Below, piece by piece: positions 9,937 to 10,434 of a DNA stretch of 10,434 bases. Source of the DNA: Candidatus Eiseniibacteriota bacterium. Its GTDB lineage: Bacteria > Eisenbacteria > RBG-16-71-46 > CAZEPH01. The DNA lies in the NCBI GenBank assembly GCA_044229145.1, contig JBGATO010000112.1:1-10434 (forward strand), given 5' to 3'. Numbering within the stretch: the stretch's first letter is position 1; every line of letters starts with the position of its first letter. The position numbers and the translations under genes were made by a program. The notes beneath the pieces are model-generated. The model searched no databases. It saw nothing but the letters and a program-made list of their open reading frames with translations, and had not been told where the DNA came from.

Positions 9937-10434
9937 GCGGGCACCACCTCCTCCTTCGCCTTCTGCAGCTCCTGCGCCGCGTCGACGCCTTCGAGCAGAC
10001 ACAGCACCGCCATGCGCACGGCGACGCCGTTGGTGACTTGGTCGACGATCACGCTGCGCCGCTCGTCGGCGACCTCCGGCGCGATCTCGATGCCGCGGTT
10101 CATCGGGCCCGGGTGCATGATCACCGCGTCGGACTTGAGCCGCGCCGCGCGGTCGCGCGTCAGGCCGTAGACCTGGAAGTACTCGTGCGTGCTCGGGAAC
10201 AGCGCCTTACGCTGCCGCTCGAGCTGCAAGCGCAGCACGTTGACGACGTCGGCGCCTTCGAGCGCCTCCTCGATGCGGTCGCACACGCGGACGCCGAGTT
10301 GTTCGACCTCCGCCGGCATCAGCGTGCGCGGGCCGCAGACGGTCACGTTGGCGCCCATGGTGCGGAAGCCGAGGATGCCGCTGCGCGCCACGCGGCTATG
10401 CGCGATGTCGCCGAGATAGGTGATGTTGACGCCG
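9933..10434 (-). CDS. pyrB: Aspartate carbamoyltransferase catalytic subunit, C-terminal part (5' end outside the window)
   Basis: The frame is open to the window edge: GVNITYLGDIAHSRVARS...LRLQLERQ...IMHPGPMNRGIEI...QVTNGVAVRMAVL, all ATCase motifs. Confidence 0.95.
   Translation of the reverse strand, partial: GVNITYLGDIAHSRVARSGILGFRTMGANVTVCGPRTLMPAEVEQLGVRVCDRIEEALEGADVVNVLRLQLERQRKALFPSTHEYFQVYGLTRDRAARLKSDAVIMHPGPMNRGIEIAPEVADERRSVIVDQVTNGVAVRMAVLCLLEGVDAAQELQKAKEEVVPA

Overview
Very GC-rich bacterial DNA with every credible gene on the minus strand. Read in transcription order (right to left) there are two blocks. (1) A tightly coupled de novo pyrimidine cluster: pyrB (5'-truncated), pyrC, a ~725-aa TPR lipoprotein gene, pyrK, pyrD and pyrF, with 4-nt ATGA/GTGA overlaps at four consecutive junctions. 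(2) After a near-consensus sigma70-type promoter (TTGACG-N17-TAGTAT), a nucleotide-sugar cluster: two tandem Gmd/Rmd-like SDR genes, a UDP-glucose dehydrogenase-family gene and the start of rmlB. The most unusual element is the TPR lipoprotein. It sits where carAB lie in Bacillus-type pyr operons, has N-terminal motifs reminiscent of SprE/PorW-type lipoproteins, and has a low-complexity tail packed with D-(S/T)-(A/I/L/V/M/T) tripeptides, the Bacteroidota O-glycosylation sequon. I saw no RNA genes, CRISPR arrays or mobile elements. All calls come from motif recognition by eye, not from database searches.
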